A DNA stretch of 48,186 nucleotides from the NCBI GenBank assembly GCA_003568945.1, contig BDIP01000012.1:1-48186 (forward strand), given 5' to 3'. Of the stretch, positions 1-13,800 are shown piece by piece. Position 1 is the stretch's first letter. Each line of letters starts with the position of its first letter. The notes under the pieces are model-generated. The model worked only from the letters and a program-made list of their open reading frames with translations, did not search any database and had not been told where the DNA came from. The DNA is from Kipferlia bialata (taxonomy: Eukaryota). Position numbers and translations under genes: made by a program.

Positions 1-142
1 TATATCTATACATACATATACATACCTAGTCCTGACATCGATGACTGCACTCTGCTCATGGGCATCGGTATATATATATACACTATCTATTGATATACAC
101 ATACACACATATATTAGACACTTAGTATATATATATACATAC

Positions 143-204
143 CTAGTCCCGACATTGATGACTGCACTCTGCTCATGGGCATCGGGGGCTCAGCAAGGGA
201 GGGC
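143..204 (-). CDS. Most 3' complete exon in window (PSLAEPPMPMSRVQSSMSGL)
   Basis: ctaaccctcttag| acceptor and |gtatg donor; phase matches the upstream exon at 452-513; a donor-side echo lies at ~26-67. Confidence 0.7.
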
Positions 205-3200
205 CTAAGAGGGTTAGTATATAAATATATATATAGGAAGTAGCCAGTGTCAGCGCGGTTAGTTAGCCATCCGAGGTCCTGGACTTGTGTCCCATACATA
301 CACGAAATATTGTATAATACAATATGAATACATATTCTTTGTAGTAAATACCTAGCATTCCCCGGCCCTGTCTCGATATCTCAGAACAGATGCCCATACA
401 CTCATGATACATACAGTGTGTATATACACATACTTATGTGTTATTGAATACCTAGCAATCCCTGTCTGTGTATCCCTTGTCAGAAGGGGGGCATCGTAGA
501 TATGGGTGGCATCCTAAAGTGAGGACATACGTACACAACAAAGAGAGAGAGAGAGAGAGCTCCTTGACATCCAAATCAGATGATCACAAACACATACCTG
601 TCCGTAGTGGACTAGGAACTTGCTCAGTGTCGTTATCTGCCTGAGGGTGAGATACCATTATATATTTAGTAATAATGCAATTATATAGTATTGTATTCAC
701 AGAATGTATCTATATGGTGTAAAATAGTATAAAATGAGAGAAGAACGTGTATAGTATATACTATTGCCGTGATCTGCCTGAGGGGTGAGATGAAGAGAGA
801 ATGTGTATAATATCATGTGCACATAAAGTACATTGTTATTCTACTTTTTTTTTTCTAAATTTTTCTTTTTTTTTTTTCTACATATTCTACATATATATTG
901 CATATACTATACACATTCTATCTCTCTCCCCTCTCTCCTATATATATATATGTATATATGTGTGTATACATACACTCATACCTTATGCATAGATCCACCC
1001 CGACCTGTGCCTCTAAGGCTGATGAGTGTTGTCTCTCTCTCCTATATATACTATACACTAAGTATTAGTGCTATACATTACCTGATACACAGGTCCACCT
1101 CGACCTGTGCCTCCAGGGCAGATGAGTGTTCTCTCTCTCTCTCCGTATATATATANNNNNNNNNNNNNNNNNNNNNNNNNNNNNNNNNNNNNNNNNNNNN
1201 NNNNNNNNNNNNNNNNTATATAAGTCTCTATATCTATACCTTATGCACAAGTCCACCCCGACCTGTGCCTCTAAGGCTGATGAGTGTGTACAGGCCAGGT
1301 GGTACTGTCTCTGCCCGAAGGAGAGGACCATGCCTGTCGAGTAAGAATATATGGATAGAAATAATTACATGTATATACATGTGTATGTATATATATATCT
1401 AGCCGAAGGAGACCATGCAGTTCACATAAGAAAGGAGAAGAGGAATCATGTATCAATATTGAACCCAAATGGTCAGAGACAAATAGTATACATTTGAACT
1501 GCTTTTCACTAATGTATATAGTAAGGCTTAATGTATACCTGACAGTATCCGCCTCATCCTTAAGCTAAAGGCAGGCGACACAAATGAGGGTATGGCAGGG
1601 GATGAGGATGACATATATATATATATATATATAGGGAATGTTGAATATACCCGATAGTATCCGCCTCATCCTTAAGCTAAACGCAGGCGACACAAATGAG
1701 GGTATGGCAGGGGACGAGGATGACATGAAGTGGGGGGTGGGGGACAGGGCCTCAAGGGTCACGGGGGGGATCTTCTCTGAAGGGTTAGAATCGTATCTAG
1801 TATCTAGTATCTACTCTATACTTATCATGATATTATTTAGTGAGTATCTCCAGGATCACGGGGAAATATCATCTCTGGAGGGCGTAAGAACCATAACCAT
1901 AAACGATACATAAATAAATGAGTGGAGGGTGTACTACGCCGCTATAATAGAGTACCAGTATTGGCAAAAATGATACGTGGAAAACACGTACCAAACGCCT
2001 TGGTCACAGGATGGACTTCCTCCGGCATTGCCAGCATGTACTGGCACTTCTTGAGATAGAAGTTCATGAAGGTCTGGTTGCCCTTGGAGTCGCCCCTATG
2101 GATTAGTCAAAAGATCACAACGAAACATGTTGAACATAGATTATTAATTGAAAACCATAAGAATATCGATAGAAGTTCATGAAGGTCTGGTTGCCCTTGG
2201 AGTCGCCCCTTAGAGTCAGTGAAAAGTACTGACATGTATACATACATGTTATCATGAATAGCAAAGAATTATTCATCTCAAGACAATGTCACAACTGACA
2301 CATATGCGTCCCTGACTCACAAGCAGTACAACCGTCAAGTGCTATATACATACTAGTATACAAATATATGAGTCAACATTAATTGTAGTACGCATGATAC
2401 ATACCTGACTCTGCGCTGCACCATCAGCACAATCTTCATTGGCTGCTGGAGCAAGGGGTCAGTCACCTCCAGGTGCTTGACCTGGTGCCAGTGCAGAATG
2501 GCTATGCTGATATAAGATTACATATATATATTACACGATATATATAGTAGAAATATAGTATATACTAAAGATAGTATATTATGCTTGATCTGGTGCCAGT
2601 GAATGGCGATGCTATTGTTAGGACCCACCCAAATATGTATAAAGAGTACTATAGAAGAGGAAGGAAGAATGCAGAATTAGAGAGAAACGGAGAATGATAG
2701 AGATAGAGAGAGAGCGCACTTCCAGTATAGAAAGATATTAGACATTTAGTGTGGAGAGAGAGAGAGAGAGAGAGGGAGAGAAAGAGCGCACCGATCTGGG
2801 GACATGCCGTGGTACAGGCCAAAGACAGGCTGGTGACCGGCCTAAGGGTGAGATACAATACCACATACACGATATACTATGTACACATTTTGTCCCATAC
2901 GAGTACTATATCTATATACGTATACATTAAACCTGCCAAAGACAGGCTGGGGACCGGCCTAGAAGTGAGAGACATAGGTATACTGTATACCGAAGGTATA
3001 CACAATAATCATGGGTGACTGAAGTATTATATAAGGTTGTGTGAAAGTTGATATCAAACATCCATATGAAGTGCACATACCTCCTTGATGCTCCTGATCA
3101 AGTGCAACTCCACGTCTGTGTTGAGGGGTGCCATCACTATGGCAAACACACTCTTCCTAGTACTAGCTAACACGTTGGAAACCAGCTCTCGGATGTCAAT

Positions 3201-6200
3201 CTAGGGTGAGAACTACGCGATCCATATTGGATGGATATTTACGCGATACCCTCTCTCACCTGCTCCTGTGGGATCTTTAGCGCCAGAGCGGTCCTTGCCA
3301 CCTCCTCGTCATGGGCCGCAAAGGCCTGGGTGTCAGCAATAACAGTCAATAGTATACAGAGTAGCATATATAGTAGCATATAGTAACATAGTAAGGCCTG
3401 GGTGTCAGTAGTACTGCAGATGCGCAGTATATATATATAGTACTGAAGACGTATGAGGAGCAAACAGCAGTGAGACAGGAGTATATACACATACAAATAC
3501 TAGTTTCAATACCTTGTGTGCACCCTCTAGTCCAGTTGCAGAGGACAGGGCACGGATCCAGCTACCAATCTGACGGTTAGTGGTCTAGTATAGAGTGAAT
3601 ATACACAAGTAGGTCTACAGTGGTGCAAACATGTAACAGTTACTAACCGATATCAGTGCCCCTGGGTGGTTGAGAGTGGCCAGGGCACCTATGTGGAGCT
3701 GAATGGTCCTATTGATTAGATAGTGTATATATAGAGAGAGAAACAGAGGGAGAGTGAGTGGCCAGAGCACCAATACTACTAGCAGCATAGTCCAAATATG
3801 TGAGGGTGTAGAGAGAGTATACATGTGGCATACCTGTCTGTAATGACTGACCCACAGCAGTCTGGCAGCCTGAGCTTCTTCTTGACCTTTCTACCTGGTA
3901 TCAGCATCTGTATCATGATACTCGACTATACTATATGAATCAATATGATTAATGGTTATGTACTATTTTGATACTGACCTGCCAGTATCGCATCCCTGAT
4001 AATGGTATAAGTATCATATAAACAGATATCAAAAAGAGTATATAATAATGATACTTATATGATACAATAGCATATATAATACTATGACACTGACCTGCCA
4101 GTATCGCATCCCTGTTGGGGTTGTTGCCAAGGAGGGACGAGAGCAGGGAGGTGCCTAGGGTGAGTGTAGGTAGTAAAAGCACAGGGAACTAGTTAACTGG
4201 TATTCAGTGAAACAGTGACTGAGGACATATATATATTGAGGAGGGACGAGAGCAGGGAGGTGCCTGGTGTCAGCATATGTATAGGAATAAGTATATTGGT
4301 ATATAGTGACATAGTGACTGAGGGGAGGTATATATAGGACTTCTGCATCATCAATATGTGAACGCAACTGCCCTATACAGGTATCTAAAGATTCCACCAA
4401 ACCAAGGAGGACGTGTCTAAATAGAGAGGTATATATGTCTATATACCTGCATCTAGGTCTGTACACACTAGAATGGCATCGGCAAAGGCTGCGTCGGTGC
4501 TCACCATGCCCTGAGTGGATTAGTCATATATACATATATATATGTATACTGGGCAGTTGGCCTCCAGTACTACGACAGTACAGTAGTATAGAGTAATACG
4601 TATACAATATATATATATATATACATTTGCACTATACCTCCACCAGTCCCTCATATGCTGGACAGTTGGCCTCCAGCACCGATGCTCTCTTGAAGGCAGC
4701 AGCTAGACCAGGGAACATGGCCATCTGGGAGGGCCTAGGGTGTAAGTTTCAATACTATACTGTATAGATACTGTATATACATATTATTATATACCTATAT
4801 ATGTATACATATATGAATAGATAGACCAGGGAACATGGCCATCTGGGAGGGCCTAGGGTATGAGTAACATAGTATANNNNNNNNNNNNNNNNNNNNNNNN
4901 NNNNNNNNNNNNNNNNNNNNNNNNNNNNNNNNNNNNNNNNNNNNNNNNNNNNNNNNNNNNNNNNNNNNAATCATATATGTATAGGTAGACCAGGGAACAT
5001 GGCCATCTGGGAGGGCCTAGGGTGTAAGTATCAATACAATAATTGTACTAAAGGTATATATATATAAATACTTATATATATTGGTGTATATATGGATAGA
5101 TAGACCTGGGAACATGGCCATCTGGGAGGGCCTAGGGTATGAGTATCAACACGAAATGAGTACAATGGGTATATATATAATGGTGTATATATGTATAGGT
5201 AGACCGGGGAACATGGCCATCTGGGAGGGCCTAGGGTATTAATGTATCATATATATATTGCAATTCATATAGTAATATATAGTAAGAGAGCTGTGTTCCA
5301 GAGCGATGCTGTAAACAATTGTGAATAATTGCAAATGTCAATATATTATGAACCCGGGCATATCATGTATATCTACATATACAAGCATGATATACCTGTG
5401 CTGGAAATGAAGTCATGTGAATATACTAACACTTATACTAGACCATCTAGTGTGTACCTGTGCTCCAGTGCGATGTTGTATATCCTCTCCACCACCTTGG
5501 GATCGGCAAGGGACGCCATACGCTCAAACTGATTGGACATGGCAAGCTACACGGTTAGGGGATGTATAGAAGGTATCGTGTAGGATTGAGAGTGTACTGC
5601 TATCGTGTAGGAAAGATAACATTTAGATATCGCGTAGGAATGAGAGTACGTACCGCGACCACTGCCACTGCCCTGGGGTCTATGGCCTTGGAGGACACCT
5701 GCTGGATCCAGTTGAGCAGGATGGTAAGGAGCTAGAGGGTTAGCCAGGATACTTATGAATGTAAATTATGGAAAGAGACTATATAGTATAGTATATGCAA
5801 TATCTATGTACAACACACTCACGTGTCCCTGCCCTATGTCAAAGAGTGCCCTTGGGTTGGCTGCACTAGTAATGAGTCTGTCGCATGTCTTGTAGTACAG
5901 TCTGCGCACAGTCTCCTGAGGGTGGGTATAAATGGTATACTCTATATATATACATAGTGTAGTATATATAGTCGCATATTTATATGTAGTGTAGAATGTC
6001 TTGTAGAATAGCATACGAACAGTCTCCTGATGGTGAGTATATACAGAAGTATAGTGAAATCAGTATTTGACTTTTAGTTGATTGACTACCTGGTTCAGCG
6101 AGGAGTAACCACTTGTCTCCATATATAGAAATATATGTAAATAGAGTATAGGATACACTATATATAGTAAACTTGACACTATATTGACACACCTGATTGA

Positions 6201-7847
6201 GTGACGAGTACCCACTAGTCTCGACATGCTCCTTGATGACATCAGACAGCAGACTCAGCTGCTTCTCAGCAGTACCAGCACCTGAGGGTAAGTAGTCTCT
6301 CTCTCCCGCATCTCAATGATTGAATGGAAGTGTAATCACTATAATCCAAAAGATAATGATACACTTGTATGTATACGAAAGCAATGGTATATATACTGTC
6401 ATTACCTCTCATCACAGGGTTGGGGAACCGCAAGGCAGTGCCAGCTATACATAATATATATATATATATACCATATATAAAATATAAACATTATTATAAT
6501 GGTATATTCAAAATACCTCTCATGACAGGGTTAGGGAATCGCAGGGCTGTCCCAGCTATGGTGTTGATACCAGCTGTCAGACCATAGTCTATGCCGGGCT
6601 TGCTCCACATGTTGGCAAGGGTCTTGTAGGAGGCAACGACGTCCTTGGCTAGACGCAGCATGTGGCCTTAGACGTTAGGGAATACGATGCACTGTATATT
6701 ACACATTACTATATACTATATACTCTATAATGATAAGAATAGTATACACCGTCCTTGGCAAGGCAGAGCATGTGGGCTGTTAGGTAAGTGCATACCCAAT
6801 GACTGCTTATACATGAAGTGATTACCTGTTCCCCGAATTAGTGCAGTGGACGCAGTGGCAGAGGGTGTTGTACTAATCATCCTTGCAGTCAGAGCTCTGA
6901 TATCTGTCCAGTACCTGTCCCTCAGCACTGCACAGGCCTCCTCTGCCTCTGCTGCCTGGGTATTAGATTAAGACATTACCATAACATGCAACTATATATA
7001 CTACTATTTCCTATACTAAGACATAGAATAATCGCGTAGTAATACGTCAAACTCACCTGCCGAAGCGGGCCAGTGTCGGACCCAGTGGCAGCGTCCTCAA
7101 ATACCTAGAGTGAGATAATGATATATGCACAGGCAACGTGTATAGTCTATATATCACTGATACAGAGAATCAGCTAAAAGAGAAGGATATCTTGATGTGT
7201 TGAGACACTGGCCATGCGTCAATAGATACTGAACACACTTAGATCTGCAATTGTGTGTCTAAAAGAATACAAATTTACACAGATGCATATACCTTGAGCA
7301 GCTGCACTGTGAGTGTTGGTCTCACTGGCAGACAGTCAAAGAGGGTGCAGCTCCGGACATAGTTGTCTGGGGTTAGAGGTATATAGACATACTGAATATA
7401 TATATATATGTAACAATATACACCAATACATCAAATAGTTGTCTGGGGGGTCAGTAGTACCTAGAGAAGGATACGTTCACATATATCCACACAGGATAAT
7501 GTACATAGAGTATATCGATTATGTACCTGGGTTGTCGCATATTGCTATGGCCATCTTGTGGATATAGTACAGCTGCATCTTGTGGATGGGCTGCTTGAGT
7601 CTGCAGGCATAGCGACCATCCTGAAGGTCAGCATTCCAGAGAGTAAGAAACCAATATTTGGAACCGCTGGGCAAACCTAAGAACAATCATTGTACATACA
7701 CTATACTATCCATACCTGGAACGTCAGGACCTGCCCTGCCCTGGTGGTCTGTTCACGGAAGTAGTCGGTGAGGAGGTTCTGGAGTGAGAATGAACATCAA
7801 CACTTCAAAGCACTGCGGTTATTAAACTTCACGTTATACTACATATG

Positions 7848-7893
<46 letters not shown>

Positions 7894-10800
7894 TACATAT
7901 ATACCTTGAAGTGGATGCCCTCTGGGGATGACACCACCCCTCCCGCTATGATGATGGGGTAGCCACCGTCTAGGGCCTGGGATCAGTGGACTAAATGAAT
8001 AGCTATATTTACAAAACAGAAGTATTGTTTAATATACACTATGTATATACCCAACGTCTAGGGTCTGGCATCAGTGGACTATGAATATACAGGGCGCAAT
8101 TATACTTTTCTACTCAAGAATATATATGCATACATACACTATAGAGATATCCTCTCACCTTCACCACCAGTGGGTAGAACACATGGCCCGGGACATTGAT
8201 GGGTTGATATATCTACAATTGACACTATATACACTATACATTATGGTATATATACACTATACAATATAGTACATATACTACAAACCTTCACCACTAATGG
8301 GTAGAACACATGGCCCGGGACATCGATAGGTACCACAGTGATGTTGGTGCGCTTGTACGCCGCAGCTAGCACTCTGGCGTTCTCAACCTGGCATAAGCTC
8401 ATACATGTGTTTATCATATGAATAATACATACAAGGTATTCAAGAATGAAATTGTGATAATCTAATTATCGTCCTAACCTTAGTGTTTGACGCCTTGAGC
8501 CCCTCCAGTAGACCAACATACCACAGCAACACACACTGCACAACCTGGGTATTAAGGGGGTAGGGGGGGGGAGGAATAGAGAGAGAGAGAGAGAGAGAGA
8601 GAGAAGGAGAGAGAAAGAACACACTACATACCTGCACACTATCTCTGTCCAGGTATGCATATATACTATACGCCATGTGTATATACTATTTACCATGTAT
8701 ATATATTACATACCTGCACACTATCCCTGTCCAGGTATGCATATATACTATACGCCATGTGTATATAGTATTAACCATGTATATGTATTACATACCTGCA
8801 CACTATCTCTGTCCAGGTATGGTATGCACCCTGGGAAGTGCACTAGAGAGTGGCACAGTCTGACACAGGAGAGCAGGGCAGAGTCTCTAGGGTGTGAGTA
8901 ATATATATCTATATATCAGTATACAATATATACATACTATACATATACTATATATATACAAGTGGCACAGTCTGACACAGGAGAGCAGGGCAGAGTCCCT
9001 GGCAGGTGAGAATAGTATATATATATATATCAGTATACTATATACAAATACTACACATATACTGTATATACTAGTGGCACAGTCTGACACAGGAGAGCAG
9101 GGCAGAGTCCCTGGGGTGAGGCTTTGTTCTTCCATGTGTATGTATATCCACACACACACACACACACACACACACCCATATATATATGTATATATACTAT
9201 ATAGTGGCACAGTCTGACACAGGAGAGCAGGGCAGAGTCTCTGGGGGGTGAGAGTAATATATATCTATATATATCAGTATACAATATATAAATACTATAC
9301 ATATACTATATATATACAAGTGGCACAGTCTGACACAGGTCAGTAGTGCAGAATCCCTGGGGGGTGAGGCACTATATACATTCCCTTTCGAACACGTACA
9401 ATCGGAAATCTCTCATTCATACTAGAGCTCCATAGCAGCATATTGGTATTATCACTATAACCGGAGACCTCTGATCGGACGGAGGATGAGTATATAAACC
9501 CATACCTGGGTGGCAGGGCCCCGGTCATCAGCCACAGGAAGGGCTTGGGCTGGGGGATACCCTGATAGGGTGAGAATTAGACCAAGTATATACTAATACA
9601 GTAAAGATAGCCTAAGTAGTAAGGGTGAGCAGCAGAGGTGAGATACTGAAAGTACAATACAAACTCAGAGACTAAGTACCACACATGTACCTTGAACATG
9701 AAGTGTCTACTATTACAAATATTTGTCTCCTCTCTCGTTATACTTATATATAGTACAATATATACCACGTCGGTCTATGTATATATACGTCTCTCAACAA
9801 GAATATATTTGTATAGTCATGTTGTACATTTGCCAATGTACCTTGAACATGAAGTAGTATGTGTTGGCCTGGGACACTGTCACAAGGGACGAGGACAGCG
9901 AGACCTGGAGTGAGAAGTGTATATATAGTATATATACTGCATAGTATACATAATATAAATAATATATAATATATACAGTATACATATAGTGTATGGCACT
10001 GTGACCAGGGACGAGGACAGGGAGACCTGGGGGTTAGTACATATATACTCTGTATATAGTATGTATAATATACATAATATACATAGAATACATGTAGTGT
10101 ATGTGCCACTGTGACAAGGGACGAGGACAGCGAGACCTGAGAAGTTAGGATATACATATATAATATAGTATTTATATATATCCTATAGACTACATACACA
10201 CATGTATTCATATAAATACTACAGTGCCACGGTGACAAGGGACGAATCAAGCGAGACCAGGGAGTAGGACATATAATCCAAATACTATACAAAATATGAA
10301 GATATATATACAGTACTGTCCCTATATATACCTTTGTCATGTCCTCTATGCCACAGAAGGGCTCTCTATATATGTACTCTATACACTATACTATACCATA
10401 CATTCCATATATACATACTATATACTGTATATATACCTTCGTCATGTCCTCTATGCCGCAGAAGGGCTCTCTATATACTATACCATACCATTCAAACTAT
10501 ACATACTATACACTGTATACACACCTTTGTCATGTCCTCTATGCCACAGAAGGACTCCAGCACACCCCTCATGCTCTGGAACTGGGGGTGAGACACTTTA
10601 GACACATGATACATATATAAATATATATATATACCATATACTGAAAATAGTACTGGAACAGAGTACCAATAGTATATATTTATACATACCTCATGCTCTG
10701 GAACTGGGGGTGAGATGGGTATACATATCATACTATATTATATATATATATATCATACTAATACATAATAATAACCTAGTAAACCTAGTAAAAGCACACC

Positions 10801-13800
10801 CCTCATACTCTGGAACTGGGGGTCAGACAAGTATGCATACTATACAGTACACTAACACCACATTAATACAAACACATATCTATCACTATTACTTCTGACA
10901 CGCATATACATCACATATAAATTAATACTGTATTTGTATATATGTATACCTGAGGCTCTGTGCCTGCAATAGAATTCTATATAGAACAGTCATACTAACA
11001 ATATATTGAATACTGCAATATATGAATATACAAATATATCCACTGTATACCTGTGGCTCTGTGCCTGCATGCTGCCAGAAGGGCTCAGTAGAGAATCCCA
11101 TACATAATAATATAGGTACTGTAACTATATATATATATATTCATATATACTATTTAATATATACTAGTCTATATACCTGGGGTTCTGTGCCTGCATGCTG
11201 CCAGAAGGGCTCGGTGGCTGTGAAGAGAAGGGCCACATTAGAGCCCCTGGGAATGAGAGGAATGCAATATCCATTCTACCATAGTAGTCTACAATGCTAC
11301 AATATATATTGTAGAACTTGAACACAAGCCTAGGCCTAATACACTAGAATGCGTTTACACAATGATACCTGAACAACAGCCTCCCAAGCTCCTCCGGGTC
11401 CTGTATCGATGCAGGCATCAGGACAGAGACACTCTCCCTGAGGTCAGTATCGTAATATCCTAACCCTATTTATGTATATATATCTGACACTGATGATATA
11501 TACAAATATCATTATACATACAAATAGTCAGTCATAGATCATTATACATATATATAGTCAGTGAAGTTGGTCTCAGCACAGAGACACTCTCCCTACGGTC
11601 AGAGAAGGGGATAGTAATATATATATGATGCAATAGTTGTACCAGTAAAGTTTACTTACCTAAGGTCATCTACGTAGTTGCATATGGCCCCATCTGTGCT
11701 GTCTAAGCATGCCTCATGCTTCTCAATCAGGGGCAGGAGCTTGTTCAGCACTGCTGCCTCGCTCCTTGACCTATTGTTACTATTTATTACTATATATATA
11801 TATAATTATTAGTAATTCTTTATAATACATTATATTATGCAATGAATTACAATTCATTGTCATATATTACTATATATTACTATAATACCTCTGGATGAAG
11901 AGACGGGACGTGCTGACACTATAGGATATGAACTGGTGCAGCTCAATGCCACGGTCGGGGTAGAGTCTGATATGAGTATAGAGAGACACACCTACTAACG
12001 TACTATATATACACATAATTGGATATAGAGCAGCTCAATGCCACGGTCGGGGTAGAGCCTGATATGAGTATAGAGTGAATCTCTACATCTGTACAATATA
12101 TATACGAGTATGAATGTACATATACGAGTATATATACACATGAACTGGTGCAGCTCAATGCCACGGTCAGGGTAGAGCCTAGGATGAGTACATATAGAAT
12201 CATATATACATATGTAATAGTATTATACTAATATATATATATGAGTATATATCATAAAAACTGGTGCAGCTCAATGCCACGGTCGGGGTAGAGCCTACTG
12301 TGAGTATAGAGAGAATCTCTACATCTGTACAATGTATATACGAGTATGTATATACATGAACATATGAACTGGTGCAGCTCAATGCCACGGTCAGGATAGA
12401 GTCTAGGATAAGCGTTTATTTGACAGACAGTAACAACATATTGTGCAATGTACCAGTATTGAATTATTCACTGACCTCATGATTGCCTGAAACTGTGCAG
12501 TGCACATATACCATTATCCAAGTACACTCATATTCATGTACTACAAGACATATATATATATAGTATATAGTATATAAATATCTATATATCTGAATATAGT
12601 ACTGACCTCATGATTGCCTGGAACTGTGCCGTGCATACCATGAACGTACACTTGTCATCCATAACTATGTATATACAGTATATATAGTATATATGGTGTA
12701 TATATATCCATCTGAAAGTATACTCTCCAAGTACCTCATGATCGCCTGGAACTGAGCAGTGCATATCTTGATGAATGTGTTGAACACCTCCTTGGGCTCG
12801 TTGGTGTTGTACCGGTTGGTCAGGTACCGCAGGGCACTGGTATCAGTATCAGTATATATATATACATATATATACTGAGACTATTCAAGTATCAGTATCA
12901 GTATCTATCATCTATGCTGATATACTAGTCCGGTATTAGTATCACTATCAGTATCAGTACCAGTAAGGTATCAGTATCAGTATCTATATGTACATGTATA
13001 TATACATATACACTGATACTAGTCAGATACCCACCTTGGTGTGGATGTCATTATTAGTATCAGTATAGATAGTATATAATAGTATATATATTGTACCTAG
13101 GTGTTGCAGTCATGAGGTCAGACACACCAGAGGGGTATGACATATTGACACTAGTCAGGTGTCAGTATCTATATATATACATAAATATATGTATATATAC
13201 TGATACTATTCAGGTACCTAGGTGTTGCAGTCATCAGGTCAGACACACCAGAGGGATAACTCATATTGACCCCTATGCACAGACGGGGTGGGGGTGGACT
13301 GCATGTGGTCACAATTACTGGGGTGAGGCACTCTCTAAACTACGCGATCGTAATAATTACGCGATATGCATATACCTGCGAGGTGCTGCGCCATCTTCAT
13401 AACAAGGGTAGCTGCATCTGGCTGCGGCAGAGAGTACTTCTCTCCCAGGGACAGGTAGATCTGGCCAAGGGCTGCCCTGACAATAAGGGTTTCGGGGGGG
13501 AGAGAGAGAGATAGAGCGTACAAGTGTTCACTGAAATATACATATATAATGAGTCCTTACGGATATTCACAATGTAATATAAACCACTATACTTAGATTA
13601 TACCTTGAGAACACAGGTGGCACTAGGCCCTTCCCGAATGCCACAAGACACTGCCTGAGGAGGGGGGACCGGCTGAGCATGTCACCTGGGGTGGTGAGGG
13701 GTATATATATATATCCTATATATTATATATATCATATATGATATACTAATATCATATATGATATACAAGAGCAAACAGGGCACACATACACACATGTGTG

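Noticed and set aside
4704..12410. Repeat-spacer arrays (4704-5240, 8848-9367, 11929-12410) as CRISPR-like loci
   Set aside because: The repeats are exon fragments with splice sites, and the spacers are related low-complexity intron sequence
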